IMG/VR virus record: IMGVR_UViG_3300047491_001507
Origin: a virus
Reading direction: 5' to 3' (one strand)
DNA length: 64,000 bases
This document shows positions 35,414 through 45,219 of the stretch, piece after piece. Numbering within the stretch: position 1 is the first letter of the stretch; each line of letters starts with the position of its first letter. A model generated the notes under the pieces. That model was not told the DNA's origin, searched no databases, and was given only the letters and a program-made list of their open reading frames with translations. Position numbers and translations under genes: made by a program.

Positions 35414-35695
35414 ATGAAATACGCATCACCTTTTAAACGAGATTTGTTATGTTTGGTATTATTTGTATTGGGATTGTTATGGGGAAGTTATATAATGGCT
35501 AAAATAATACCAATAATATATTCAAAAAAACATTCAGAACAACAAAAATCAATTGCTGTTCAAGCACTTGAAGAACACATGAAAACATGTCCAGAGTGTA
35601 ATAAAGAAGTAGATAACGGTCCTCCCCCAATATGTGAAAAAGGCTTTGAATTACTTAAAAAAGCCATGAAAGAGGAAAAAGATGCTAAAACTTAA
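35414..35695 (+). CDS. small membrane protein with zinc ribbon
   Basis: N-terminal TM helix; CPECNKE...PPICEKG. Confidence 0.5.
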   Translation: MKYASPFKRDLLCLVLFVLGLLWGSYIMAKIIPIIYSKKHSEQQKSIAVQALEEHMKTCPECNKEVDNGPPPICEKGFELLKKAMKEEKDAKT

Positions 35696-35819
35696 GTGGT
35701 GGGAACGATTATGGCTTAAACATACTTGGCTGCGACCGTATTGGATTACTGGAGAACTGATTGGCCTTGTTATACTAGTAATTTTTTGTTTACTTTGTAT
35801 TTTTAGCTTTTGAAAGGAA

Positions 35820-36383
35820 ATGAAAATGGAAATGTTGAAATCTGACTTGTTGAAAGTCGTAAGTCTAATGGCCCAAAAAGGCACGGTAATGACACCAGAT
35901 GAGGTGGTGAGCATCTTGCAGGAAGTTAAACCCGATCTTGAAATTATAGAAGATATTGTGGAAGATGAGGATGATGCAAAGCCTGAATTGGTTAAGCTTT
36001 CTGATGAGCAAATTGAAACAAAGAATGAGATTGCAAAAAATCTAGAAAAAGCTTGTGGAGAATTAAGGGAATCTGTTAAAAAATTTAATGAAATTGTTGT
36101 GGAATTAGAGAGCAAACAGGAAGCTGTGAATGTATTGATTTGGGATGTTAATAATTGGTTAGATAGTGTTACAGATGAACTTAATGATTGTTATAGAAGT
36201 AGCTCAAGAACATGGAGGGGAAGTGAAGAAGGAGCAAAATACATCAATTGGATAGAAAATATTGAAAATACATTTGATGATGTGGGCATAGATGTTCCTG
36301 ATACAATTGATGATTGGGAAATCAGTGACTCTGAAGAAGCTGCTATTTTTCTAAAAAATCTGCCCGAAAGTCCCGAGGTTTAA
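35820..36383 (+). CDS. hypothetical acidic protein
   Basis: 187-aa ORF, Asp/Glu-rich. Confidence 0.5.
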   Translation: MKMEMLKSDLLKVVSLMAQKGTVMTPDEVVSILQEVKPDLEIIEDIVEDEDDAKPELVKLSDEQIETKNEIAKNLEKACGELRESVKKFNEIVVELESKQEAVNVLIWDVNNWLDSVTDELNDCYRSSSRTWRGSEEGAKYINWIENIENTFDDVGIDVPDTIDDWEISDSEEAAIFLKNLPESPEV

Positions 36384-36386
36384 ACA

Positions 36387-36713
36387 ATGCAAATTCGCTT
36401 AGGTAAAGACTGGTTTGAAACCAACATCACTTTGGAAAAAGAGGAAGTTTCTCGTGGGATGTTCTGTCCGTTAGAAGACGAACATAACAAAGAAGCGGCA
36501 ATTAAACATGAATTGTTGAAGATTATCGCAGAACTTGTTGTGCAATATGATGCACTTCTAGGGGGACATCCTGAAAATTGCTATGAAGGATTAAGTTTTT
36601 ATAAATTTGTTTGTGAAAAGCTAGATGTTGAAAATGCATTAGGTGTTATCCCAAATGACTTAGTAAACATGCACCAAAAAACCTATTCCTGGTTGTTTGG
36701 AAAAGACGAATGA
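36387..36713 (+). CDS. hypothetical protein, paralog of 37021..37326
   Basis: QYDALLGGHPENCYEGLSFYKFVCEKLD matches QYDSLGPSFPEGLCFYEFVCNVLD. Confidence 0.5.
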   Translation: MQIRLGKDWFETNITLEKEEVSRGMFCPLEDEHNKEAAIKHELLKIIAELVVQYDALLGGHPENCYEGLSFYKFVCEKLDVENALGVIPNDLVNMHQKTYSWLFGKDE

Positions 36714-36886
36714 GTGAAAATTGGAGTGTTTCTTGTAGTCCATATGCTCAAAAAGTTCTTTTGCAGATGGCTGAAGATCTGAAAAAAGAACGCACTAAAC
36801 ATCCTGAAATGAATGATCAAGAATGGGGCGAATGGGTTAAATCACAGATAGAATGGACAGAATTAAATGAAGTGCGAGAAATGTGA
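36710..36886 (+). CDS. hypothetical small protein (58 aa)
   Basis: ATGA overlap; below the track cutoff. Confidence 0.4.
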   Translation: MSENWSVSCSPYAQKVLLQMAEDLKKERTKHPEMNDQEWGEWVKSQIEWTELNEVREM

Positions 36887-37031
36887 TTTGTATGATGAAC
36901 TGTCCTATGGGATGAATTTGGGCTGGGGTGAGATATATTTGTGCAAAAATTGCCATCCAACTAAAACCCCAGAAGAAATCATAGAAGAAATATCCAATTT
37001 CATGTTTCCAGTAAAGGAAAATGATGACTAA
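36867..37031 (+). CDS. zinc-ribbon mini-protein (54 aa)
   Basis: MKCEKCDL...CKNCHP; below the track cutoff. Confidence 0.4.
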   Translation: MKCEKCDLYDELSYGMNLGWGEIYLCKNCHPTKTPEEIIEEISNFMFPVKENDD

Positions 37032-37326
37032 CACACAATTTCTGGATTTAATTAAAAAACTTGCTTTGCAATATGATTCGTTAGGGCCTTCCTTCCCAGA
37101 AGGTCTTTGTTTTTATGAGTTTGTATGTAACGTTCTAGATTTTCCGCCAGAAGATTTGCAAAACACACATAAAGAAGTTTATGATAGATTTCGTGATGTG
37201 TCAAAAGTTGTCGGAATATCTCCAGAGGAAATAAACGAACAACAGGAAAAACAGGAAAAACGTAGACGTTTATACGAACAATTTAAACAAGATTTTAAAT
37301 TAATGTTGCAGGAGCATCAAAAATGA
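37021..37326 (+). CDS. hypothetical protein, paralog of 36387..36713
   Basis: Shared QYDxL...FYxFVC motif. Confidence 0.5.
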   Translation: MMTNTQFLDLIKKLALQYDSLGPSFPEGLCFYEFVCNVLDFPPEDLQNTHKEVYDRFRDVSKVVGISPEEINEQQEKQEKRRRLYEQFKQDFKLMLQEHQK

Positions 37327-37823
37327 ATTGGAGAATTGGAAGCATTTCTGATAAATGCCATGAAGCATTTTTGGAATTGGTAGAAGTTCTTAAAAATTGG
37401 AAACCTCCTAAAGAAGAGCCCGTTCAAGAAATGAACGCAGGGCTTGAGCTTTTAAAGGAAAGCATGGAAGAAAGACAGCGAAATAAAGAAAGTACAGAAA
37501 GGGTTTTAGCTGGAATTTTTGAATTTATTAAACAGGTGGGAGATGTAACCATATATTCCAAGATGGCAGTACACCCCATGGCAACAAAGCCTGATACAGG
37601 AAAGAAATTCAAGCATTGTGTTACTTATGATCCAGATACAGCCACTATCTCTTTAAATGATGGATACTATAGCTTGCAATTTTGCGGCATGACTTTTAAT
37701 GATGGAAATACTTATATTACTCGATACCGTGTTAAAATAACAGAAAAACAAGCCATTGAAGCAATTATTGATTGGCTTATTGAACGAAAGGCTCAACTCC
37801 CTAAAGTAAAGGAAAATGTATGA
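37323..37823 (+). CDS. hypothetical protein
   Basis: 166-aa ORF; ATGA overlap. Confidence 0.5.
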   Translation: MNWRIGSISDKCHEAFLELVEVLKNWKPPKEEPVQEMNAGLELLKESMEERQRNKESTERVLAGIFEFIKQVGDVTIYSKMAVHPMATKPDTGKKFKHCVTYDPDTATISLNDGYYSLQFCGMTFNDGNTYITRYRVKITEKQAIEAIIDWLIERKAQLPKVKENV

Positions 37824-38044
37824 AACAGTTTACGGCCAAAGAAGCTAGAGAAATGGATGAAACTTTTGCTTATAAGTTCGGAAATATTATGGGACGTATT
37901 GAAAAAGCAGCAACAAAAGGGGATCGTAAAATCAAATTGGAGGATTTTGATCAAAATGCATACAGGACAATGATCAGAGAAAAACTTGAAGAACTAGGAT
38001 TCGTGGTTCAAGAAGCTTTTAGTGATGCTGAAATTTCTTGGTAG
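37820..38044 (+). CDS. hypothetical small protein
   Basis: 74-aa ORF; ATGA overlap. Confidence 0.45.
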   Translation: MKQFTAKEAREMDETFAYKFGNIMGRIEKAATKGDRKIKLEDFDQNAYRTMIREKLEELGFVVQEAFSDAEISW

Positions 38045-38053
38045 GAAAACAAT

Positions 38054-38326
38054 ATGATTACAGGAAAACAAGCCAGAGAATTGGCTCAAAGAACATTTGA
38101 CCAGATAATTAACGATATTCTTCTAGCCATTGAAGAAGAAGCAAAAAATGGCAATTTTGAACTGCAAACTGAAAGAGATTACAAAAAAGACAGAGGCTTT
38201 TGGTCCGAGACAACAAGCCGTGAATGGAAAAAAGCTCGTGATCATCTTTCAAATTTAGGTTTTGCCGTCGATTTTAACGAATGCAGCTTTGCTAATTCGA
38301 AGTCGTATACCGTAATTTACTGGTGA
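38054..38326 (+). CDS. hypothetical small protein
   Basis: 90-aa ORF; similar theme to 37820..38044 (FVVQEAF / GFAVDFNE). Confidence 0.45.
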   Translation: MITGKQARELAQRTFDQIINDILLAIEEEAKNGNFELQTERDYKKDRGFWSETTSREWKKARDHLSNLGFAVDFNECSFANSKSYTVIYW

Positions 38327-38329
38327 ACT

Positions 38330-38509
38330 ATGAGTACTGAGTTTATCGTAGGGATTCAAGTCGTTTTTGCCTTTTTTGCCACTATAGGCACTGTATGGTG
38401 TATTGGTTGTATTTTTAGAACAACCGATGAACTGAACAAATGTGCCCATGAACTGAACAAACTGAACAAACTGAACAAATACGCTGCAAAACAAAAGGAA
38501 AGCAAATAA
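38330..38509 (+). CDS. small membrane protein with ELNK heptad-like repeats (59 aa)
   Basis: TM helix then ELNKCAHELNKLNKLNK, encoded by a GAACTGAACAAA DNA repeat; TAAATG junction with the next gene. Confidence 0.4.
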   Translation: MSTEFIVGIQVVFAFFATIGTVWCIGCIFRTTDELNKCAHELNKLNKLNKYAAKQKESK

Positions 38510-38776
38510 ATGTCGCCTGTTACAAGATTGTGTGGAAAATGCAAGCAACGTATTGATGAAGATCTGGTTCAAAATACCAGACTTGGATATTTCTGCTCAT
38601 CATGTATGGCTGAACATCTAGAAAAAGCTGTTGGATTATTGGCAGATGCAGCAAATGTTATTAAGCCCACTGGATGGGTTGCGGGTTGGTATGCGATATT
38701 TACAGATGAAATTTGGAAAAATGATACTCTCACTTTCCTCAAAGAACTAGAAGCACAAGGCAAAAAGGAAAAATAA
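38510..38776 (+). CDS. zinc-ribbon protein
   Basis: CGKCKQ...CSSC. Confidence 0.5.
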   Translation: MSPVTRLCGKCKQRIDEDLVQNTRLGYFCSSCMAEHLEKAVGLLADAANVIKPTGWVAGWYAIFTDEIWKNDTLTFLKELEAQGKKEK

Positions 38777-38778
38777 AC

Positions 38779-38961
38779 ATGGGCGGTCCCTCAAAGGAAA
38801 ATCCCTTTTGGAAAGATTGTCAAGATTATTTGCCATCTAGAGAATCATTGTTAGGATATGTTATTCCTGAACCAATTGAGGAAGAAGAATGTCTATCAGA
38901 AGATGAATTGAAAATTGAAACAGAAAGGAAATTGAAGGATGATCACGAAAGAACAATTTGA
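38779..38961 (+). CDS. hypothetical small protein
   Basis: 60-aa ORF. Confidence 0.4.
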   Translation: MGGPSKENPFWKDCQDYLPSRESLLGYVIPEPIEEEECLSEDELKIETERKLKDDHERTI

Positions 38962-39418
38962 GTCACTGTACAGTGATGATATTACTAAAAAACAATATGA
39001 CGCCATCATTGAATTAATCGATGAGCGATTTGGAGAAATTTGCAGTAAATTTCTTGTAAATAAAAATGCTAATTTTTGGTTCTCTTATGGCAATGCAAGT
39101 TGGGACGATCAAGATGATGAAGGGTATTTTGATCCTGAAGAATATAGAGAAAACATTAGAATAGGTTGTGATTGTGATTGCACAAATCCTCCTGCTGGTT
39201 ATGATTATGAATTTCCCACTCGTTGGTTGTGGGAAGAAAACTGGCAAGAAGAAATGCAAAAAGTAAGCAAAGAATACACAGAAGCTCTTGAATTAAAGAA
39301 AAAGAAAGCCAAAGAAAAGAAAGAAACACGAAAAAAAGAAGTAGAAGCCTTGAAGGCCAGTATTAAGAGCAAATTAACACCAAAGGAACTTAAAATCGTT
39401 AAATTCACAGGAAAATAA
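38939..39418 (+). CDS. hypothetical protein with Lys-rich C-terminus
   Basis: 159-aa ORF. Confidence 0.5.
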   Translation: MITKEQFESLYSDDITKKQYDAIIELIDERFGEICSKFLVNKNANFWFSYGNASWDDQDDEGYFDPEEYRENIRIGCDCDCTNPPAGYDYEFPTRWLWEENWQEEMQKVSKEYTEALELKKKKAKEKKETRKKEVEALKASIKSKLTPKELKIVKFTGK

Positions 39419-39419
39419 T

Positions 39420-39668
39420 ATGAGAGAATCTGGATTTTATTGGGTGAAAATTCATGAACATTGGTCAATAGGCGAATTTTTCGATGATACAGAACATTGG
39501 CTTATTATTGGTGATGATTGTGCTTGGAGCGATCAGCACTTAGATGCTATTGGCGATAAAATAGAAGATCCTGAAACAAAAATGACATTGCCAAATACAG
39601 GATATTTCTATGAACGTGCCATGAAAAGATCTGCGGAAATTAAAGCAGGAATAAATACTGATACATAA
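39420..39668 (+). CDS. hypothetical protein
   Basis: 82-aa ORF; last gene of the + block. Confidence 0.5.
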   Translation: MRESGFYWVKIHEHWSIGEFFDDTEHWLIIGDDCAWSDQHLDAIGDKIEDPETKMTLPNTGYFYERAMKRSAEIKAGINTDT

Positions 39669-39706
39669 ATAAACTGACCTATCCGCCATGTGTGGAAAAG
39701 GATCTT

Positions 39707-39735
39707 TCGCCGTTCCTTGGAGCGGCGATTGTTAT
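39707..39735. terminator. possible bidirectional terminator at the convergent strand switch
   Basis: TCGCCG-ttccttggag-CGGCGA hairpin flanked by T-runs on both strands, between the last + gene and the first - gene. Confidence 0.35.
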
Positions 39736-41213
39736 TTTAATACCACAAATGTTACATCTTTGCCCTGCATGTCCTCTTGAGCATCCTCATAACTGTTACA
39801 AATCGGCTTTCCTGCTCGATTTAAAGAAGTGTTGATAAAACACTCATGTCCAGTTAATTTGCCGTATTCAACCAAAAGTTCATGTAGCCAAGGGTCTTTT
39901 TCTTTATAAACGACCTGTGGCCTTGATGAAAAATCACGATGCACTATGGCTGGTAAATATTGCTTGGCCATATCAGTACAAATACAACGATATTGCATGT
40001 ATTCGCCTTTGGGACCAATGAAATATTGATCAAAAGCTTCTGATGTCACTACAGGAGCCAAAGGACGATAAAACTCTCTCCCTTTTATGCCTTCTGAAAC
40101 AATTTTGAGGTTTTCTGCCTTGGCAGAAGCGAAAATAGATCTAAATCCCAAAGCTCTTGGCCCTGCTTCGCTTTTACCCCTCATTAAAGCTACAATTTTG
40201 CCCCTAGCAATGAGTTTGGCGATCTCTTGGGGTTCCTGTGCCCCTATTTGAGGCAAAGGCGTCTGAAGGGCATTAATGGCCGCAGAATTGATTTTGGGCC
40301 ACTTCTTATAAACATGGAAATAAGCAAGAGCAGCAGCACCTAAAGCAAGACCACTATCATTAATTGGCGGTCCAAAGACCAAGTCTTGAGTCATATTGTA
40401 AATCCTGGTGTTTAGCTCCAAAGCTAATGCAGTACCTCCACCAACAACCACTCCACGATTGCTGCCAAATTTTTCTATGTTTTCTTTGATATTGACCCAG
40501 ATTTGCTCAATAAGGAACTTGTAAAAACCAGCAATAAACTCCATATCGTTTGAATTTGGATTTTTGAACTCAATATAACACGGAACTATACTGTTCCAAT
40601 CATAAGAAACATTCAATAACTTCATGACATTTTTTGCATCCCACTCAATTGGGGGGATGTGTGGCAAATAACCAGCCAATCCCATGGCTTTTCCTGCCGA
40701 ATTATGTCCTAGAAGAGTGCAAATTGGAACACTTGAAGGGACAGGAAGGGCATCTTCTATTTTGTAAAAGCCTTTTTTGTTTATTACGCCTACAAGAGAA
40801 GCTTTATTGGGTTGAGTAGGATCGATGCCATATCCACAGCCATCATAGGCTAAAAAAAGCCTTTCTTTGTCATCTGGTCGATAAAGCCAAGAAGAAACAG
40901 CATGTGCTAGATGATGATCTACGACAAGATTGAATTTGGAGTCAGGAAAAAGATGGTGAGGAGATTTTAGGTATCTAATTAAAGATGGATCGTATTTAGG
41001 AGTTGGATAATTCTCTTCGCCTAAAGAAGTGATAGCAGTAACATAGTTTCCGTTTAATAAATCTGGAAAAGCGTTGAGAATGGGATCGGGGGTATGGTAA
41101 TGGTTTTTATTTCTTGGAAAGAATCTTTCAGCTTGAGCGTAAAATTCTAACTCCGAATCGTTAAAAATAGCAATGGAAACGTCATGTTTACCGTGATATC
41201 CTATAAATCTCAT
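39732..41213 (-). CDS. carbamoyltransferase of the NodU/CmcH/TobZ family
   Basis: VVDHHLAHAVSSWLY (the DHHLAHAASAF motif) and C-terminal GPRALGFRSIFAS (GPRALGNRSIL motif). Confidence 0.75.
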   Translation of the reverse strand: MRFIGYHGKHDVSIAIFNDSELEFYAQAERFFPRNKNHYHTPDPILNAFPDLLNGNYVTAITSLGEENYPTPKYDPSLIRYLKSPHHLFPDSKFNLVVDHHLAHAVSSWLYRPDDKERLFLAYDGCGYGIDPTQPNKASLVGVINKKGFYKIEDALPVPSSVPICTLLGHNSAGKAMGLAGYLPHIPPIEWDAKNVMKLLNVSYDWNSIVPCYIEFKNPNSNDMEFIAGFYKFLIEQIWVNIKENIEKFGSNRGVVVGGGTALALELNTRIYNMTQDLVFGPPINDSGLALGAAALAYFHVYKKWPKINSAAINALQTPLPQIGAQEPQEIAKLIARGKIVALMRGKSEAGPRALGFRSIFASAKAENLKIVSEGIKGREFYRPLAPVVTSEAFDQYFIGPKGEYMQYRCICTDMAKQYLPAIVHRDFSSRPQVVYKEKDPWLHELLVEYGKLTGHECFINTSLNRAGKPICNSYEDAQEDMQGKDVTFVVLK

Positions 41214-42019
41214 AGCAGTTCGTCAGCTTGTTTGTTGTCTAATGTAAATTTCTTCATTAAATGGCCTTTGATGGCTTGGTCAGATAGTCCTTGTTTTCTA
41301 AGCAATTGAATGAATTCTTGTGGTGTAAACTCTTGTTTTGGTTTAGACAGTGGTTTGCTTGCCTGTTTTTTGGCAGAATCTACAATTCTCTGAGTTGTTT
41401 GGGCGATATTTGCCTCAACATGATCTTGATGTCTTCCAGATTGATCTGCCCACATAATAATCAGAAGCAGCTTAATTCTTTGATTATTGATAATCTTTCC
41501 ATTGACAAAAAAGTCTTTAAGGAACTTTTTGGAGAAAATATTGCCACAAAGATGCATGTGGTTTTCTACTAGCCAATCAATTAGGGCTTCATGCTGGTGA
41601 TAAATTTGCTTGACCGCTGGATCAAAATCCTCTGAAACATACGCAATAAGAGGCTTGAAATGCTTAGATTCTTGATGTCCATAAGAGGTAATTTTGCCAT
41701 CTCGTTCTTCTGTACGAGTAGCTTTGGCAATATCATGCAAGAAAGCAGCCAGGGTCAATATGTCTTTTTCTTCATCAGATATATTGAAGTCTATATCTGA
41801 AATAACAGGACACAATGGATGATTGGGGTCTTTTTGAATATTTTGCAGCTTCAACCTTACTGGCTCTAAAGCAGCAACAACCATTTTGGTGTGGGTGAGT
41901 ACATCCCCTTCTTTATGGTGTTTTGCGTCTTGTTTGATATTGTCCAACAATTGGAGAAATTTACCCCCCAATTGGGAAATATCAATACTTTCTTGTAATA
42001 GCCAGTTTTTAAATTTCAT
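41210..42019 (-). CDS. HD-domain phosphohydrolase
   Basis: HHKEGDVLTHT...LAAFLHDIAKA, an H...HD metal-binding pattern. Confidence 0.6.
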   Translation of the reverse strand: MKFKNWLLQESIDISQLGGKFLQLLDNIKQDAKHHKEGDVLTHTKMVVAALEPVRLKLQNIQKDPNHPLCPVISDIDFNISDEEKDILTLAAFLHDIAKATRTEERDGKITSYGHQESKHFKPLIAYVSEDFDPAVKQIYHQHEALIDWLVENHMHLCGNIFSKKFLKDFFVNGKIINNQRIKLLLIIMWADQSGRHQDHVEANIAQTTQRIVDSAKKQASKPLSKPKQEFTPQEFIQLLRKQGLSDQAIKGHLMKKFTLDNKQADELL

Positions 42020-42035
42020 ATGTAATATATAGAGT

Positions 42036-43019
42036 ATGGAAGTTCAAAAACTCACATGTCGTTGGGTAAGAAGCGGATTGACCTTCGGAATAGATAAACT
42101 ACATGTTTGCTGTATAACTCATCATACAAATCTAGGTTTTGTTCCGATTTGCGAATATCATGGTGGAGATTTGCCAATTGACAAAATAATGCTTAAAAGA
42201 CAAGAATTATTGGTGCAAAACGTAATTGATGGATATGATTCCTGTAAGGGATGTATTTTTCAAAATGCTGAGCCATTCAAGTCAGAATATCTATTTGATC
42301 AGTTGAATTTTTCTCATTATACGCTTTGCAATCTTAGATGCAAGTACTGCTACATAGGGATTGACTGGAATAAAGGTGGAAACCTTGGGTTGAGGAAAAA
42401 CTATTACGATGTAATGCCAGCTTTAGAACAATTGACAAAAAACAACTGGTTGGACCCTCGATCTGCTATTTATTGGGGTGGTGGAGAGCCAACATTATTG
42501 CGTAGATTTGATGAGATTCTGGGTCTTCTTTTGGATTATGGAACATACAACTTCTTGAACACCAATGGAACGGTATTTTCTCAAGCAATATTTGATAAAT
42601 TAGGACAAGACAATCTGCACATAATATATGGAATTGACAGTGGACTAAATGAGACATACAAACAAATGAAAGGCAAAGACTTTCTAGATCAAGTGTTTGA
42701 GAATTTAAAAAGATATGTTAGTGTACATGGCGATTCAATCATTGTAGCGAAATATATTATAACAGATATTAATCATAGCATTCCTGAACTAGAAGAATTT
42801 TTTAGAAGAGTTTTGGAGACAGGGGTCAAAAATCTTTATATCGATTTAGATTCAACAATAAATGCAACCCAAGAGCATATAGATGCAATGGAATATTTGA
42901 GAGATTTATTTAAAGAGACAGATGTTGATGTAAAGTTTTGTGGCTGTGGAGTAAATGCTCTACACAACCAATCTATTCATTACCATGGCGACAAAATCTT
43001 ACCTAGCTTAATTGTGTAA
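42036..43019 (+). CDS. radical SAM enzyme with Cys-rich N-terminal extension
   Basis: CNLRCKYCY (CX3CX2C) and YWGGGEPTLL; the only sizeable + strand gene inside the - block. Confidence 0.7.
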   Translation: MEVQKLTCRWVRSGLTFGIDKLHVCCITHHTNLGFVPICEYHGGDLPIDKIMLKRQELLVQNVIDGYDSCKGCIFQNAEPFKSEYLFDQLNFSHYTLCNLRCKYCYIGIDWNKGGNLGLRKNYYDVMPALEQLTKNNWLDPRSAIYWGGGEPTLLRRFDEILGLLLDYGTYNFLNTNGTVFSQAIFDKLGQDNLHIIYGIDSGLNETYKQMKGKDFLDQVFENLKRYVSVHGDSIIVAKYIITDINHSIPELEEFFRRVLETGVKNLYIDLDSTINATQEHIDAMEYLRDLFKETDVDVKFCGCGVNALHNQSIHYHGDKILPSLIV

Positions 43020-43470
43020 ACAATTCTTTCAAATAGCCTTTTGCTGCTTCGTAACTGCCAGGAGCAGTTTTTTCAGAGTTTCCTGCGACATTTAGTGTTT
43101 TAATGTTGTTTTCGTTTAGCCAGTTGACCACATCTTCTACAGGTCTGGGATTTGCCAGATCTACATCAATGTAAGGTTTTTTATAGTATTTAATGGCTTC
43201 AAATGTGCAGATTTCTCCAGGGCTTGAGAAATCAAAAGCCAAACGGATTGTTCCATCACTATTTTTAACATTTAGCTTTGTTCTAGGAACATAGCTGCTG
43301 GATGTATGGGTGGTGCATCCGAATAGGTCTTTGTATTCTGGTTTACAACCATCTAAGGTTTTAAAACCATAAGGCATTAATCCTCCGGTTCTAAATCCAA
43401 ATTCTTTGGCTGTTTCTAATCCAGCAAAATCACTGCCTGTCTGACCGCCTGATATTACTTTTTTCAACAT
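43003..43470 (-). CDS. SLOG-superfamily / MoCo-carrier-like (YpsA-like) protein
   Basis: ISGGQTGSDFAGLETA...GG..P and LNVAGNSEKTAPG match the MoCo-carrier/SLOG signature. Confidence 0.55.
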   Translation of the reverse strand: MLKKVISGGQTGSDFAGLETAKEFGFRTGGLMPYGFKTLDGCKPEYKDLFGCTTHTSSSYVPRTKLNVKNSDGTIRLAFDFSSPGEICTFEAIKYYKKPYIDVDLANPRPVEDVVNWLNENNIKTLNVAGNSEKTAPGSYEAAKGYLKELFTQLS

Positions 43471-44183
43471 TATTTTTCCTCACATTTTAATAATTCATTT
43501 AGTAGCACTTTGTAAACATGTTCATTGCCAGGAGCACATTTCGGTTCTTTTGACCCATAACCATAAAATTCACAGATTGCTCTAGCAACTCCCAGCGAAA
43601 CGTTAAGGAAAGCATGAGTTATTAGCAAAACATCGATTTTTTCCCAGTTTTTGTCCAAGAATTTTTTGATTAGGGATGCATGATGTTCAGAAAACGGATT
43701 CGGTCCAGCGAATTCTCTGGCACCAGTAACACAAAACTTTAGTGTATCAAAATTATTATCTGCACTTAAATTGTAACCAAAATATATTCTTGCTACCTCG
43801 TGCGGATCTGCATCCTCATGCCAAAATCGCATATTGATGTGTGCCCAAGGTTTATCACATTTAAATTCTTTGGTTTGTTTTGGAGTCAAACACAGAGTTT
43901 TGTGAATGACAGGTGTTCCCACATATCGTTCCACTGGCACAATTATTTGATTGCCAGACTCGTCAGCAACACAAATTTGATCATGTTCTGCCATGTGTGT
44001 CAATAAATCATTTTCAAAAATTTCATCCATATTGGTCTCTTTTTTTCTTCTTTGATATTGATGATGAAAGGGACAATGATATCCGCTGACATGGTCCGAT
44101 AAAAGACAAATCGATTCATCTGGCTTAGTGGTTTTAATTGTTATTTTTTTTGGTGTTTCAGCCGACATATCATTCTTTCTCAT
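43470..44183 (-). CDS. hypothetical protein (several His/Cys clusters)
   Basis: 237-aa ORF; an alternative ATG 15 nt inside the track start. Confidence 0.5.
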   Translation of the reverse strand: MRKNDMSAETPKKITIKTTKPDESICLLSDHVSGYHCPFHHQYQRRKKETNMDEIFENDLLTHMAEHDQICVADESGNQIIVPVERYVGTPVIHKTLCLTPKQTKEFKCDKPWAHINMRFWHEDADPHEVARIYFGYNLSADNNFDTLKFCVTGAREFAGPNPFSEHHASLIKKFLDKNWEKIDVLLITHAFLNVSLGVARAICEFYGYGSKEPKCAPGNEHVYKVLLNELLKCEEK

Positions 44184-44685
44184 CCCACCAACGTTTTCCA
44201 GAGTAATATCCTGCCTCGTCCATCGCTTTTGCTACAATCTTGCACTCTTCACAACGACAAGTTTCTCCTGGCATTATACCCGATTCAAGAACCACATGAG
44301 CATTTGCATGCATATCCATCTGTGTTTTTTCAAGTTGTTCTCGCAATTGTTTATTATCCTCTGCCATTTGTTTCATAGTTGCCCGATTGCCAGCAACTAT
44401 TGACCACAATCGATGATGGGGTTGTGGTTCGGATATTTCTTCTTCGCCGTCTAGCTTTTCCGCAACTTCAATAATATGTTCTAGTTGTTTAATGTAGTCT
44501 TCGACATAAATCTTTTCTTCTCTATTGTATTTGACTGATATTACTTCTAAGTCTAGACATTTGGCTAATTTTTTAATAGCCCATCTGGCTCTGGCAAAGG
44601 AACCCTGTCCTGCATAGTCCTGATAGTCATATTCAAACCAAGCATTAAGCAAATCTAAACATTCTTTATATTCTTCAGGGTTCAC
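44170..44685 (-). CDS. hypothetical protein with C-terminal CRCEEC motif
   Basis: 171-aa ORF. Confidence 0.5.
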   Translation of the reverse strand: MNPEEYKECLDLLNAWFEYDYQDYAGQGSFARARWAIKKLAKCLDLEVISVKYNREEKIYVEDYIKQLEHIIEVAEKLDGEEEISEPQPHHRLWSIVAGNRATMKQMAEDNKQLREQLEKTQMDMHANAHVVLESGIMPGETCRCEECKIVAKAMDEAGYYSGKRWWDEKE

Positions 44686-44700
44686 TATTCCGCTCTCTTT

Positions 44701-44910
44701 CTAAGGCACAAAAACAATAAAATCGTAATAAGTCAACATACTAACAAATATAATTGTAGCCGATATAATAAAAACTGCGATTGTGTGTTTGGTTCTTGGA
44801 TGATACGGATATGCAATAACTGCTGTAACTAACATCATTACTACAAAAAGCACTACAAATAGTAGTAGCCAGAAAATGACAGAGAGAATTGGTTGAGTAT
44901 GAATAACCAT
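44701..44910 (-). CDS. small membrane protein (2-3 TM)
   Basis: Highly hydrophobic 69-aa ORF. Confidence 0.45.
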   Translation of the reverse strand: MVIHTQPILSVIFWLLLFVVLFVVMMLVTAVIAYPYHPRTKHTIAVFIISATIIFVSMLTYYDFIVFVP

Positions 44911-45002
44911 TTTTAAGAACGCTCCTTGGAACCTCTACTTTTAAATATTAACAAAAACACGATTGCCACCATCATCAAAACATTCAACTCGTTGATAACA
45001 TC

Positions 45003-45191
45003 TCAAAACCCTTCTACTCTGATCTTGAAATCGTAAACCGGTCCCAGTTGATCAGGAATATCAGTCGATTTATACACTGGCACTTCTACTGTTTTAGTTG
45101 TGCCATCTGCATTTTTAACTTCAATTTTCATAAATCTTACCGGAGCAACTGTTTTAGTTGCGTCATCTGCATTTTTAACTTCAATTTTCAT
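45003..45191 (-). CDS. small protein with an internal tandem duplication
   Basis: MKIEVKNADDATKTV...MKIEVKNADGTTKTV, from a ~57-bp DNA tandem repeat. Confidence 0.4.
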   Translation of the reverse strand: MKIEVKNADDATKTVAPVRFMKIEVKNADGTTKTVEVPVYKSTDIPDQLGPVYDFKIRVEGF

Positions 45192-45219
45192 AATTAATTC
45201 CTTTCATTTTCAAACATTC

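Noticed and set aside
42036-43019. Radical SAM as a prokaryotic viperin (pVip) antiviral enzyme
   Set aside because: Only the generic CX3CX2C and GGEP radical-SAM motifs are shared. There is no viperin-specific C-terminal region. It has a Cys-rich N-terminal extension that viperins lack.
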